This document shows positions 48,546-59,019 of a stretch of 64,000 bases of DNA, piece after piece. Below the pieces are notes generated by a model that was not told the DNA's origin, did no database searches, and worked only from the letters and a program-made list of their open reading frames with translations. The translations under genes and the position numbers were made by a program. The DNA is from an uncultured Nitrospiraceae bacterium. GTDB lineage: Bacteria; Nitrospirota; Thermodesulfovibrionia; Thermodesulfovibrionales; UBA6898. The DNA lies in assembly GCA_963811165.1 (NCBI GenBank), contig CAWEQH010000010.1:256001-320000 (forward strand), in the 5' to 3' direction. The first letter of the stretch is position 1, and each line of letters begins with the position of its first letter.

Positions 48546-49543
48546 GCCGGCGCACTGAGCCCCCTTCTTTCCTTTCCCGCTGCGGCAAGTCCCAGCTGGC
48601 CTATGGTCTCAAGCATCTGGGCTTTCGTGGTAGCGTGAAACGCCTTTTCTCTGAGAGGCTTTGATCCATACAGGGATTTTGTGTACCATGTATAAAATTT
48701 TCTAAAAACCAGGGTCCCCGTAGCTTCGCCCTGGAAATCGCAACACATGGTGAGATGGGCAGCCATCGTAGCCACAATGTCTTGTATATGCGGTCTTTCA
48801 AGGATTTTTCCCGTCTTTATAAGTTCATCCGTCTCTTTGAATATCCAGGGGTTTCCCAGCGCCCCCCGTGCGATGATGACGCCGTCACAGCCGGTCTCAT
48901 CGAACAACTTCTTTATCAATGAGGGAGAGAGGGCATCACCGCTTGCTATAACCGGAATGTCAAGCGCAGCTTTCACTTCCCCGATAATACGGTAATCTAC
49001 ATTGCCTCCATAGCCTTGCGACCGTGTCCGGCCGTGGATAAAAAGGGCCTTGATGCCCGCCTCGCGCGCATACAGAGCCACTTCTTTTGCGTTTACGGAG
49101 TCTTCGTCCCAGCCGGAGCGGATCTTGAGGGTAACGGGGAGCGGTGAGTGGCCTATCAATGATTTGAGGAGGTCCCTCAGTTTTCCGGGATCTTTCATCA
49201 GCGCGGCGCCTTCACCCTTTCGAATCACTTTATAGACCGGGCAAGCGGCGTTTACATTGAGGAGATCGAACTCCCTTGAAGACAGGATGTCTACCGCCTG
49301 CTTCATAACCTCCTTGTCATCTCCCACAAGTTGGACCCCAAGTGGTCTGTCTTTGCGGCCTGACGACAGCATGCTCATCGTATTATCACTTTGATAAACA
49401 AGAGAGCGGGCGCTAATCATCTCCGTAAATGCAAAGCCGCATCCGAAGGATCGGTTCAACATCCTAAAGGGAAGGTCGCTTATTCCTGCAAGTGGGGCAA
49501 GCATCAGAGAGGTAAATTCTTTTCCGGCGATTATTAACGACAC
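48542..49543 (-). CDS. dusB: tRNA-dihydrouridine synthase
   Basis: LAPLAG, FTEMIS, NAACP, IHGRT, ARGALGNPWIF. Confidence 0.9.
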   Translation of the reverse strand: MSLIIAGKEFTSLMLAPLAGISDLPFRMLNRSFGCGFAFTEMISARSLVYQSDNTMSMLSSGRKDRPLGVQLVGDDKEVMKQAVDILSSREFDLLNVNAACPVYKVIRKGEGAALMKDPGKLRDLLKSLIGHSPLPVTLKIRSGWDEDSVNAKEVALYAREAGIKALFIHGRTRSQGYGGNVDYRIIGEVKAALDIPVIASGDALSPSLIKKLFDETGCDGVIIARGALGNPWIFKETDELIKTGKILERPHIQDIVATMAAHLTMCCDFQGEATGTLVFRKFYTWYTKSLYGSKPLREKAFHATTKAQMLETIGQLGLAAAGKERRGLSAPA

Positions 49544-49675
49544 ACTGATATTTTACATGATAAGTATCCCGGCCGTGTTCGTTTATACGCAAGAAACGCG
49601 TTGGGCTGAGAATATTCTTTATCTCCGAAAAGTTGTTATAATGTAGTGAAAATTCTACATGAAGAAGGTGACGTT

Positions 49676-49927
49676 ATGGCAAAGGTAATTACCTACGGAT
49701 GCAAGGAATGCGGTTGCGAGATCATAGTGAGTGGATCGCACGAAAGCCATCTGCGGCCCATTTTCTGCTGCGGGGTCGAGGTTGTGAAAATCTCGCCTGC
49801 TTCGAAAGAGACTTCGAAGAAGACGAAGGGAAAGAAGGTCTCAACGGCGGTGAAGAAGGTAACGCGGAAGACAACGGTCAAAACAGAGGTTAAGAAAATG
49901 GCAACCGCACGGAGGAAGACGACCTAA
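49676..49927 (+). CDS. Small desulforedoxin-like Cys protein with a Lys/Thr-rich basic tail
   Basis: YGCKECG...IFCCG motif, then KKTKGKKVSTAVKKVTRKTTVK. Confidence 0.65.
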   Translation: MAKVITYGCKECGCEIIVSGSHESHLRPIFCCGVEVVKISPASKETSKKTKGKKVSTAVKKVTRKTTVKTEVKKMATARRKTT

Positions 49928-49937
49928 GGGTAAAGTC

Positions 49938-50279
49938 ATGTCGAGGGGCGTTCGTGAGACAGAGAGGTTGCTTTCCGCCTATCGTTTTTGGGGACTTGCT
50001 ACGCTGGCCTTTTTTGGATTGTTTCTTCTGTCGGTGTTTACCGCATTATCGAGTACGGGGCTAAACAGGGTTATGCTCGTGGCGCCGCTTTTTTCCGGAT
50101 TCCTCTGGATAGGAACAACTTCTCTTAGTCGCCATTCACTGATTCAGCTCAAACGATGCATGGGCAAAGAGGTAGGGTTGCTTGAGTTTGTCTCGACGCA
50201 GTTTGTCTTTGTCCTCTTTCCCTTTACTTACAGAGAGTTAAAAAAAGAAGTTTCGGCGTACGCAAACCACCGCCTCTAG
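49938..50279 (+). CDS. Hypothetical membrane protein
   Basis: Hydrophobic 113-aa ORF 10 bp downstream of the previous gene. Confidence 0.5.
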   Translation: MSRGVRETERLLSAYRFWGLATLAFFGLFLLSVFTALSSTGLNRVMLVAPLFSGFLWIGTTSLSRHSLIQLKRCMGKEVGLLEFVSTQFVFVLFPFTYRELKKEVSAYANHRL

Positions 50280-50304
50280 AGGGCCGCAAAAGGTATGGAC
50301 GAAA

Positions 50305-51225
50305 TCAGTTGCCGTTAAGAACTTCTTCTATTGTGATCACCACGGATTCTCCCAGGGAAACAAGGTCGTACCCGCCTTCAAGACAAAAGACATGGGGTAT
50401 ATCTTTCCTGCAGCCGGTTATCGATCTGACGATATTTCTGATGCCCTCGTTGGTCACCCTGATTCCCGCAAGCGGATCATTTACGTGGATATCATATCCG
50501 GCCGACACAAGGATAATATCGGGCCTGAAATTGTTTACCAGCGTCGGGAGAATATCATGGAAGGCTGCAAAATAGTCTTTGTCGCCTGAGCCGTGATGCA
50601 CCGGGATGTTGTAGGTAAAACCCCTTCCCCTCCCTTTTCCCCGTTCGGCGTCACTGCCGGTCCCGGGGTAATGCGGATACTGGTGGGTGCTGAAATAAAA
50701 AACGGAATCGTCCTCCTCAAATATGTGCTGCGTGCCGTTTCCGTGGTGGACGTCGAAATCGATCACAAAAACCCTCTCATACCCGATTTTTTGTGCATGT
50801 CGCGCCCCTATCGCCACATTGTTGAATATGCAAAACCCCATAGCCCGATTTGCCTCAGCATGGTGACCCGGCGGTCTCACCGCACAAAAAGCCCCATCCA
50901 GATATTTTTCTCTGCACCTGTCGATTGCTCCGATTACCGCGCAAGCAGCGGATAGGGCCGCCTCGATGGAATGCGGCGAGACGTATGTGTCGGCGTCATA
51001 GTAGCCGGTAAAGGTGATTATCTTCTCATAATAGGAGGTGGTATGTACTGAAAGGATATCTTCCTTCGCGGCCTTTAAAGGCGGCAGATGAATGAGTTTT
51101 TCCCACAAATCCACCTTTTTGAGGGCGTCATTGATTGCGATAAGCCTGTCCTTTGATTCAGGGTGGTTTGATGGCGTATCGTGGAGGAGGAAGATGTCGT
51201 CATAAATGAATCCTATCTTTTTCAT
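50305..51225 (-). CDS. Histone deacetylase family protein (AcuC-like)
   Basis: HPES, RPPGHHA, GFCIFNN, DFDVHHGNGTQ, SAGYD, LEGGY. Confidence 0.93.
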   Translation of the reverse strand: MKKIGFIYDDIFLLHDTPSNHPESKDRLIAINDALKKVDLWEKLIHLPPLKAAKEDILSVHTTSYYEKIITFTGYYDADTYVSPHSIEAALSAACAVIGAIDRCREKYLDGAFCAVRPPGHHAEANRAMGFCIFNNVAIGARHAQKIGYERVFVIDFDVHHGNGTQHIFEEDDSVFYFSTHQYPHYPGTGSDAERGKGRGRGFTYNIPVHHGSGDKDYFAAFHDILPTLVNNFRPDIILVSAGYDIHVNDPLAGIRVTNEGIRNIVRSITGCRKDIPHVFCLEGGYDLVSLGESVVITIEEVLNGN

Positions 51226-51281
51226 GGGTACTCAATTGTATCATGCAATTTTAAAAAAATGGATATCGGCACGACCAGGTG

Positions 51282-52606
51282 TGTTGTCAACAAATAGAGT
51301 TGTCCGGTTTTAGAGCAGATAAACTGTCCGGTCCGTAGCTAGTTGATATCAGGCTGCTTTTTTGTTTAGTTTTGAGACCTCCTTCCCCTTGGAATTAAAG
51401 GCTATCAATTTTCTGTGCCCATGGAATATTGCTAGGTTGCCGTTTGGATAGCGATGGACACGGACCTTTACTTTGACATAGTGAAAGCGATATTTATCGG
51501 CTGGAATCTGAAGGGTCAGGGCATCGAATTTGACACAGTTGTTGTTGCCGACCGTCCGCTCATATTGTTCGCAGAGGATGTCTTGAAGAGGTGTTCCGGC
51601 CCAAGGGACAAACATACTGGCAGGCTCCTCAGCGGATACGGCAAATTCATCGTTAAAGGCGGGAAGATACACATCACGGATATAGGCATTGGCCTGTTTC
51701 ATCTCAGTGATGCCGGCCATGGCAAGTTCCTTTACAAGGCGCTCCTGATGAGTGCGGAAGGCGCGTTCAGAGCGTCCTCGGGCCTCAGGGGAATAGGCCG
51801 GGATCATCTCTATCCCTAACTGCCTCATGGCACGGCCAAATTGTGTCAGATTCTCCTTATCCACCTTCCCCCCAGCCTCTGGGGTATTCCAGTAGTGGCT
51901 GCCGCGATCCGTGTACAGTGAGGCAAATACTCCATGCTCGACGATCACCTCACTAACTCCCTGAAAACTGCTCTGAGTTCCTTCTTCATCGATAAAAAAC
52001 ATCGAGTAATGTCCATTGCTGGCATCATCCATTGTTACAATCAGATCCCATAACTTCCCAGGCACCCACTCATGTGTGGAGCCGTCCTGATGCAGCATCA
52101 TGCCAATATACGGAGCTCTTGGACGCTGTCTCCGGTGGGTTCCCTTTCTCGAATCCTTATGCACAAGTCCCTTGCCCTGAAGAGTATTCTTTACCCAGGT
52201 GTAGCTCCTCATGCCCTCATGAGCCCGCCTGTACCAACTGTAAAAGTGCTTAACCGTCAATCCCTGGTACCTGCGGCTGTATAAATCTGCCAGGGCCATT
52301 ACCTCATCAACAGGCGCACTGCGGTGCGATATCTGTCCTAAACGCCTATCAATAAGTCCCTCCATCCCCTGCTCCTCATATCGAACCAGATATCGACGGT
52401 ACGTCCGGTCGCATACTCCAAGCAGCCTCGCCGCTTCCTCCTGCGTCAATCTCCCCCTTTGACATCCCTCATATGCTTCCTCAAATCTCATCTTCCGTAC
52501 CTCCTGTAGTAGTGCTGTCCTCTTCATCAATGGCACCTCCGTGCCATCCAATCTTAACCGGACAGTTTATGTGCTACAGATACGGACAGTTTATTGGCTC
52601 GCTACA
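51282..52606 (-). mobile_element. Complete 1325-bp IS1202-family (ISNCY) insertion sequence with a 16-bp target-site duplication
   Basis: TGT...ACA ends; subterminal ATAAACTGTCCG repeats at both ends; TCGGCACGACCAGGTG flanks both sides (51266-51281 and 52607-52622). Confidence 0.9.
51349..52551 (-). CDS. ISNCY/IS1202-type DDE transposase
   Basis: HTH (LTQEEAARLLGV), MLHQDGSTHEW, TMDDAS, LYTDRGS, SPEARGRSER. Confidence 0.92.
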   Translation of the reverse strand: MDGTEVPLMKRTALLQEVRKMRFEEAYEGCQRGRLTQEEAARLLGVCDRTYRRYLVRYEEQGMEGLIDRRLGQISHRSAPVDEVMALADLYSRRYQGLTVKHFYSWYRRAHEGMRSYTWVKNTLQGKGLVHKDSRKGTHRRQRPRAPYIGMMLHQDGSTHEWVPGKLWDLIVTMDDASNGHYSMFFIDEEGTQSSFQGVSEVIVEHGVFASLYTDRGSHYWNTPEAGGKVDKENLTQFGRAMRQLGIEMIPAYSPEARGRSERAFRTHQERLVKELAMAGITEMKQANAYIRDVYLPAFNDEFAVSAEEPASMFVPWAGTPLQDILCEQYERTVGNNNCVKFDALTLQIPADKYRFHYVKVKVRVHRYPNGNLAIFHGHRKLIAFNSKGKEVSKLNKKAA

Positions 52607-52715
52607 TCGGCACGACCAGGTGTTGCAACACTAAGGAATGCATATTATGATGAAATCAACCAAGTACCTCAGGGAAGGAGCTAAGATATGAGCAGTTCGG
52701 GGAAGGAGTGACAAC

Positions 52716-53861
52716 ATGAAGATCCTTTCGGGTTTTTTGGGAATGGCGCTCATACTCATTGTGCTTTGGGATGCCTTCGAGACAATTATCCTGCCTCGCC
52801 GTGTAACCCGTAAATATCGCCTCACCCGCCTTTTTTATCGTTATACATGGTTTTTATGGAATTCGGCAAAAAGGATATTTTCATCAAGACGCCAGGAAAC
52901 CTATATGGCATTCTATGGTCCTCTGTCAGTCATTCTTCTCCTTAGCGTATGGGCGCTCGGGATTATCCTGGGGTTCGCCTTTTTGCTTTGGGCAGCGGAC
53001 TCTCCCGTAAAGACTCCTGAGGGGACAGCAGGTTTCTTTATGGACTTTTATCTGAGCGGTACGACTTTCTTCACTCTCGGAATGGGTGACGTCATCCCGA
53101 TTTCCGCATTCTCGAGGGCCTGTGCAGTGGTCGAATCCGGCCTCGGTCTTGGTCTGCTGGCGATCGTCATCAGTTATCTGCCAGCTCTTAATCAGTCTTT
53201 TTCCAGGCGTGAAGTAAATATATCTCTTCTTGATGCGCGTGCAGGATCCCCGCCAAGCGCCTACGAGCTCTTACAGCGTCGCTGCCACGACAATGCGGGT
53301 ATGGAAACACTTCTTCAGTATCTCAGCGAGTGGGAACACTGGGCCGCAGACCTCCTCGAAAGTCATCTGTCGTATCCGGTTCTCGCTTACTTTCGGTCTC
53401 AGCACGACAACCAGTCGTGGCTTGCTGCCCTTACGACAATTCTTGACACGAGCGCATTTGTGATCGTAGTGATGGAAGGCCCGTGCGAAAGGCAGGCGCG
53501 ACTGACCTTTGCAATTGCGCGGCATGCGGTTGTCGATCTCTCGCTCGTTTTTTTTAGTCCGCCCTCAAAAAGCAGACGTGACCGTTTCCCCCACGAGGAT
53601 TTTGTGAAATTCTCTGAAGGCCTGAAATCAGCCGGGCTGTCGGTTCGAAAGGGAGAGAAGATTGAGGAGGAACTCGCCAGGCTGCGCAATATGTATGAGC
53701 CTTATGTCCGCTCACTTGCCAGTCACCTGCGTCTTTCAATCCCTCCCTGGGTTGCCAGGGAGGTCCCTACGGATAACTGGCAAACAAGCGCGTGGGAGAA
53801 GCGTCTGGGATCCGGAAAAGAAGGTGACGGTTCGGGCAAGGGGGAGGGCTGGCATTTCTGA
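52716..53861 (+). CDS. Potassium channel family protein
   Basis: TM helices with the filter-like TFFTLGMGDV; ESHLSYPVLAYFRS. Confidence 0.8.
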   Translation: MKILSGFLGMALILIVLWDAFETIILPRRVTRKYRLTRLFYRYTWFLWNSAKRIFSSRRQETYMAFYGPLSVILLLSVWALGIILGFAFLLWAADSPVKTPEGTAGFFMDFYLSGTTFFTLGMGDVIPISAFSRACAVVESGLGLGLLAIVISYLPALNQSFSRREVNISLLDARAGSPPSAYELLQRRCHDNAGMETLLQYLSEWEHWAADLLESHLSYPVLAYFRSQHDNQSWLAALTTILDTSAFVIVVMEGPCERQARLTFAIARHAVVDLSLVFFSPPSKSRRDRFPHEDFVKFSEGLKSAGLSVRKGEKIEEELARLRNMYEPYVRSLASHLRLSIPPWVAREVPTDNWQTSAWEKRLGSGKEGDGSGKGEGWHF

Positions 53862-53893
53862 TAAATGATGCGGGTGCGCCGATATTATTAAAC

Positions 53894-53922
53894 AAAAAAA
53901 GGGCAGGGGAGTCCCTGCCCTT
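53894..53922 (-). terminator. Rho-independent terminator of fhs
   Basis: GGGCAGGG-GAGT-CCCTGCCC with an A7 run on + (U-tract on -). Confidence 0.75.
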
Positions 53923-53944
53923 CTGATCTCCTATTATAATAATC

Positions 53945-55708
53945 TTAGAACAATCCGCTCACCTTTCCGGTATTGACGTCTACGTCGACCCTTCTGAACG
54001 CGGGATTGGAACTTGTTCCGGGCATTAGGCTGATTGTCCCGGCACATGGGCAGAGGAATTTCGCGCCGGAATAAATCAGGACGTCCCTTATCGGAAGTGT
54101 CCACCCCTTCGGCACCCCTTTGACAACCGGATCGTGGGTTAGGCTCAGGTGCGTTTTTACCATCATGGTGGCAAAGTCCGCGTACTTAGGATCGTCTTCG
54201 AGCATCTTTGCCTTTGCCTCGGCCTCGGGCAGCCAGGATACTCCGTCAGCCCCGTAGACTTCCTTTGCGATCAGTGCCACGCGGTCGCGCAGCTTCATCT
54301 CTAGCGGATAGAGGTACTTGAAGTCATTTTTCTCGTTGCAGGCGTCGATAACCGAATCAGCCAGTTCAAGAGCTCCGTCTCCGCCTTTGAGCCAGTGCTG
54401 GGATTCAGCGCAACGGGCGCCCGCTGCCTCTGCAGCCTTTTTGACTACCGCCACTTCGGCATCTGTATCAGTGTAGAAACGGTTGACGCAGACAACCGGA
54501 TTAATACCTGATTTCCGAATGACCTTGATCATGTGAACCATGTTTGCGCAACCTTTTTCGACAAGGGCTATGTTTTCCTTTGTATACTCATCAGGCAGGG
54601 CTTTACCGGCAACAACCTTAGGACCGCCGCCGTGCATTTTGAGCGCGCGGACAGTTGTGGTAAGCACCGATACATGGGGTTTCAGGCCGCTGAAGCGGCA
54701 CTTGACGTTCCAGAATTTTTCGAAGCCGATGTCAGCGGCAAAACCCGATTCGGTCACATGGTAGTCGAACAACTTTAGTCCGACACGGTCGGCGATGATG
54801 GAGGACTGACCTACCGCTATGTTTGCGAAGGGTCCGGCATGGACAAAACAGGGATTGTATTCGGCAGTGCACATCAGTGTAGGGTTGATAGTATTGCGCA
54901 TAAAGGCTGCCATGGCGTTGCCGACTTCAAGGTCGCCAGTGGTGACGGGCTTTCCGTTTTTGTCGAAGGCAACGGTAATGTTGTTAAGTCTTTTTTTCAG
55001 GTCAGCGAGATCGTTGGCAACAGAAAGAATGGCCATGCATTCAGAACCCACGGCGATACCGAACTTAGATTGCATCATGTATCCGTCCTGCCTGCCGCCG
55101 ATGCCGATAATAATATTACGCAGGCTCTGTGCACAGAAGTCCATGATCCAGCCCATCTCCACCCTGGTGGGGTCTATATCCAGACGCCTCATCTTGGTAA
55201 GACGCGCCAACTGCTCGTCGTTATAATTACGCTCATGCTGCATCCTCGCAGTAAGGGCGACCATAGCGAGGTTATGGGCGTTCATGATATCGTTGATGTC
55301 ACCGGTGAGTCCAAGGGAAAACTCGGTCATGGGGATTAGCAGCGAATTGCCGCCGCCTGCTGCCGTGCCCTTTACGTTCATGGTGGGGCCGCCGGAGGGC
55401 TGGCGCAGTGCCCCGCCCACGTTCACGCCGCGCTTGCCCAAACCCTCCATCAGGCCGCAGGAGGTTGTGCTTTTGCCTTCGCCCAGTGGGGTAGGGGTGA
55501 TTGCAGTCACCTCAATGTATTTGCCGTCAGGCTTGTCCTTTAGCCGGTTGATGATCTTTAGAAAGTCGATCTTCGACAGCCGGCCCATAGGCAGCATCTC
55601 GTCCTTCTGCAGGCCGAGCTTATCGCGCCACTGTTCTGGGGTAGGCATGTTCTTTTCTGCCTCTTCTGAAATCTGCCAATCGGCTAATTTCGTTGCATCA
55701 TACGGCAT
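53945..55708 (-). CDS. fhs: Formate--tetrahydrofolate ligase
   Basis: [44 protein letters not shown]. Confidence 0.95.
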   Translation of the reverse strand: MPYDATKLADWQISEEAEKNMPTPEQWRDKLGLQKDEMLPMGRLSKIDFLKIINRLKDKPDGKYIEVTAITPTPLGEGKSTTSCGLMEGLGKRGVNVGGALRQPSGGPTMNVKGTAAGGGNSLLIPMTEFSLGLTGDINDIMNAHNLAMVALTARMQHERNYNDEQLARLTKMRRLDIDPTRVEMGWIMDFCAQSLRNIIIGIGGRQDGYMMQSKFGIAVGSECMAILSVANDLADLKKRLNNITVAFDKNGKPVTTGDLEVGNAMAAFMRNTINPTLMCTAEYNPCFVHAGPFANIAVGQSSIIADRVGLKLFDYHVTESGFAADIGFEKFWNVKCRFSGLKPHVSVLTTTVRALKMHGGGPKVVAGKALPDEYTKENIALVEKGCANMVHMIKVIRKSGINPVVCVNRFYTDTDAEVAVVKKAAEAAGARCAESQHWLKGGDGALELADSVIDACNEKNDFKYLYPLEMKLRDRVALIAKEVYGADGVSWLPEAEAKAKMLEDDPKYADFATMMVKTHLSLTHDPVVKGVPKGWTLPIRDVLIYSGAKFLCPCAGTISLMPGTSSNPAFRRVDVDVNTGKVSGLF

Positions 55709-56165
55709 AGTAATTCCTCCTTTTTTAAATGCATGATATTTATTATTTATGCCTGCAGGCCGGGCCTGGACAGAGCAAAAACTGACTATTACTTATAAAA
55801 TGATAAGAAACTTTAATGATTAATGCAAGAAAAAAATGATGGCATCTTCCCTGTAATCTAGTAGCTGATATGCTCGTGTAAGAACCTTTCGTTCATTCGC
55901 CTAAAAAGGCGGCGATAAAACCAGATACCCGCGTCCTCCTCCCTGTGAACTTTTATATATCTTTTCCAGGACTTTTTCCACCGGAATCCATTATTATAGA
56001 AATATGGTTTTGCAAATTATCATATAAGAATAAACACTGTCAAGAAAAACAAGGGGGTTAGTTCATTAATAATATTAATATATATATGTATCTGCATCAT
56101 AGACTCTCTGTTATTATGGAGGCATAAATCCCATTTGTAAGAGCAGAGTATCCGGAGGAAAAGAA

Positions 56166-57122
56166 ATGTTTAGATTAAAGTTTTCACTGGTCGTTATTTT
56201 TTTATTAATAGGCGCCGCATCCAGCCAGGCCGGCGTGTTGCTCGATAAGGTAGTGGCGGTCGTTAACCAGGAGGTCATTACCTGGAGCGAGTTATACAAG
56301 TCCATGGAGGCCGACGCCTCTCCACAATTGAAGGAAATGAAAGATAATGAGAGGCGGCAAGTATTTAAGGAAAATGAGGCTTCTTTTCTTGATACTCTCA
56401 TCGGCGTCAAATTGCAACTGCAGGAGGCCAAGAGTTTGGGAGTCAACGTGAGTGAAGAAGAACTTAAGGAGGGTATCGATAACATCAAGAAGAAATACGC
56501 TATGACGGATTCAGCTTTCATAGACTCCTTAAAGAAGGAAGGATATACCTTTGAAGAGTATAAGAAGAGGCTTCGTGAGCAGATCATGATGAGCAAAGTT
56601 GTAAATATGCAGATCCGCAGTAAGATACTGGCATCGGATGCCGACGTTAAGAAGTTTCTCGAGGAAAACAGGGATTTTTCTGAGTCGGGGGAAGGGTACA
56701 GGTTAAGCCAGATATTCTTTAAGAAGCCAAAGAATGATGGGGAAAAAAGCAGCGTTGAAGAGAAGGCGGCTGTCGTACTCAAGAAACTGAAGGAGGGTGT
56801 TAATTTTGCTGACCTGGCAAGGCAGTATTCTGAAGACTCCTCGGCTTCAGCAGGTGGAGATCTCGGCCTGATAAGAAAAGCTCAGATGGCGAAGGAGTTC
56901 GCCGAGGCTCTTTCAATGATGAAACCTGGGGAGACAAGTGCTCCTTTTTGGACATCGGGAGGCCTACACATCATCAGACTACAGGAAAAAATCGGAGCGA
57001 GAAGCCCTGATCAGATCAAAGAAGAGGCGAAGACGGCTTTCATCAACAAGACCTTCATGGAAAGGTACGCTGCCTGGATGAAGGGTCTGCGGGAAAAAGC
57101 CTATATAGAAATTAGGCTCTAA
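56166..57122 (+). CDS. surA: SurA-like periplasmic chaperone/PPIase
   Basis: DKVVAVVNQEVIT, FADLARQYSED, GGDLG. Confidence 0.85.
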   Translation: MFRLKFSLVVIFLLIGAASSQAGVLLDKVVAVVNQEVITWSELYKSMEADASPQLKEMKDNERRQVFKENEASFLDTLIGVKLQLQEAKSLGVNVSEEELKEGIDNIKKKYAMTDSAFIDSLKKEGYTFEEYKKRLREQIMMSKVVNMQIRSKILASDADVKKFLEENRDFSESGEGYRLSQIFFKKPKNDGEKSSVEEKAAVVLKKLKEGVNFADLARQYSEDSSASAGGDLGLIRKAQMAKEFAEALSMMKPGETSAPFWTSGGLHIIRLQEKIGARSPDQIKEEAKTAFINKTFMERYAAWMKGLREKAYIEIRL

Positions 57123-57228
57123 CCGGCTTGTGTTCCGCACTTTTCTTTTACAGAGAGGTGGGGTTTCTTTTTTTTCAGGGGAGGGCGATTATGATGCCGA
57201 CTGGCCTTATAAGACGGAGGAATAATTC

Positions 57229-57879
57229 ATGGACGGTCTCAGGATAGGAGTCCTTGCATCGGGACGTGGTTCGAATTTTCAGTCAATCATAGATGCGATC
57301 GAAGCCGGGTATATAAAGGCGGGGGTGCGCGTCCTTATAACTGATAATCCTGAGGCGTTTGCTATCGAAAGGGCGAAGAAACACCTCATAGAATACATGA
57401 CAATGAGTCCGAAACAATTTGCTTCGAAAGATGTCTACTTTCAGAAAATCGCCGACGAAATGAAAAGCCGCGGCGTGGGGCTTGTGGTCCTTGCGGGTTT
57501 CATGCGTATAGTCGGAAAACCCCTGATCAATGCGTTTCATAATCGGATCATGAATATCCACCCCGCTCTCCTGCCTTCCTTCCCGGGGCTGCACGGACAA
57601 CAGCAAGCCCATGACTATGCGGTGAAAATATCGGGTTGTACAGTTCATTTTGTCGACGAAGGGATGGATACCGGTCCCATCATTATCCAGGCTGCTGTCC
57701 CTGTAAAAGACGACGACACGGAAGAATCATTGTCCGATAGGATCTTGAAGTTCGAACACAGGATCTATCCCGAGGCGATCAGACTTTTCTCCGAAGACAG
57801 GTTAAGGGTGGTCGGCCGCAAGGTGATTATAGAAAAGGCCTGCATTGATGAGGAAGGCCTTATAAATCCCCGGCTGTAA
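57229..57879 (+). CDS. purN: Phosphoribosylglycinamide formyltransferase
   Basis: SGRGSNFQ, LAGFMR, NIHPALLPSFPG, GCTVHFVDEGMDTGPII. Confidence 0.96.
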   Translation: MDGLRIGVLASGRGSNFQSIIDAIEAGYIKAGVRVLITDNPEAFAIERAKKHLIEYMTMSPKQFASKDVYFQKIADEMKSRGVGLVVLAGFMRIVGKPLINAFHNRIMNIHPALLPSFPGLHGQQQAHDYAVKISGCTVHFVDEGMDTGPIIIQAAVPVKDDDTEESLSDRILKFEHRIYPEAIRLFSEDRLRVVGRKVIIEKACIDEEGLINPRL

Positions 57880-57961
57880 GAAATAATTTCTGCGGCTGCT
57901 TCATCCATGCTTCATTTGAAACAGAGACTCCTCGCCGCGGGGCGATGCTTGTTAGGGTGTG

Positions 57962-58489
57962 CTATTTCTTGCCGTCTAATCTTTTTTTGAGAAGACCCCT
58001 GGCCTTAGTGAAGAACTTAAGAAATTGATCGTCCCTGTAGTCGAAGTATGTATAGGGAAGGGGGTTGAACCTCCCTTCCTGATAAAACAGCTCCAGTTCG
58101 CAGAATACGCCCATCCCGAGATAAATACGATGGGAATAATTCTTCTTTGAGGCGAGAACGACCTTTGCAAGGGTCATATATCCGGGATCGAGATTGATCT
58201 GCCTTTTTCCATTTGCCGAGAATCTCTCTTCAATTTCCATCACGGCAAGTTTAGCCTCCACAAGGGAGGAAGGGTCGGTAATGCTTTCAAAAAACATGAG
58301 GTGACGGTAAAGAGGCGTACCAAGCTCGCCGTCATAATACGTGCTGTAATTCCAAGGCAGGGAAGGGGTTTCGAAATAGATACGCCCGAACAAGTCTAGG
58401 AGCTTTGGGGCTGTGGCGTTAAGAACCTCCTGTGAGGAAAAGAGCGAGGCAATGAACATGACGGCATCCTCGGGATAGTTGCGGCGCAT
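57962..58489 (-). CDS. DUF4416 family protein
   Basis: YYDGELG, RQINLDPGY, LASKKNYSHRIYL, PYTYFDY. Confidence 0.8.
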   Translation of the reverse strand: MRRNYPEDAVMFIASLFSSQEVLNATAPKLLDLFGRIYFETPSLPWNYSTYYDGELGTPLYRHLMFFESITDPSSLVEAKLAVMEIEERFSANGKRQINLDPGYMTLAKVVLASKKNYSHRIYLGMGVFCELELFYQEGRFNPLPYTYFDYRDDQFLKFFTKARGLLKKRLDGKK

Positions 58490-58500
58490 AAATGCCGTTT

Positions 58501-59013
58501 TCAGAAGAGCGCTTTGATCTGACTCTTCTCATCCGGAGAGTTCCAGTCAGCGCCGCCGATTACACGCCTGACCAGCATACCCTTCTTGTCGACAATATAA
58601 GTCTCCGGAACACCGGTCACTCCATAATTTCGCGCTGCAGCTCCGCCGGGATCGACGTATACCGGGAAAGTGTACCCTTGTGATTTCATATACGCAAACG
58701 CATTTTCATGACTGTCATTGTAAAGGATCGTGATCATGATAAAGTCGTTGTTGGCCGCCATCTCTCTGCAAAGCGCCTCGACCGAGGGCATCTCTTCTTT
58801 GCACTGTTGTCACCACGACGCCCAGAAATGTACGAAAATTATCTTGTTCTTCAGGTCAGAGGAAGACAGACTCTTGCCGCTGATGGGATCGTTCACCACG
58901 AAATCTGGCGCGACGGGCCCTTTTCCGACATTATTATTGCGGGTGGTATCAAAAAAAAGAAAGGCCGCACCTGCTAAAAGCAGGACGGCCAAAATTATGA
59001 TCTTGTGTTTCAC
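58501..59013 (-). CDS. TlpA/ResA-like thioredoxin-fold selenoprotein (UxxC), 170 aa
   Basis: ORFs 58810-59013 and 58501-58791 join in frame across TGA (58812-58810): FVHFWASW*QQCKEEMP...YGVTGVPETYIVDKKG. Confidence 0.85.
58767..58803 (-). promoter_or_regulatory. Putative bacterial SECIS element of the TlpA-like gene
   Basis: On the - strand: TGCAAAG..CCTC-GGTC-GAGG..CTTTGCA, with a G-first apical loop 26 nt after the UGA. Confidence 0.65.
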
Positions 59014-59019
59014 GAACGC

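Noticed and set aside
55709..56165. THF or ZTP riboswitch upstream of fhs
   Set aside because: I could not find the consensus elements by eye; the region looks like AT-rich divergent promoters. An Rfam scan would settle it.
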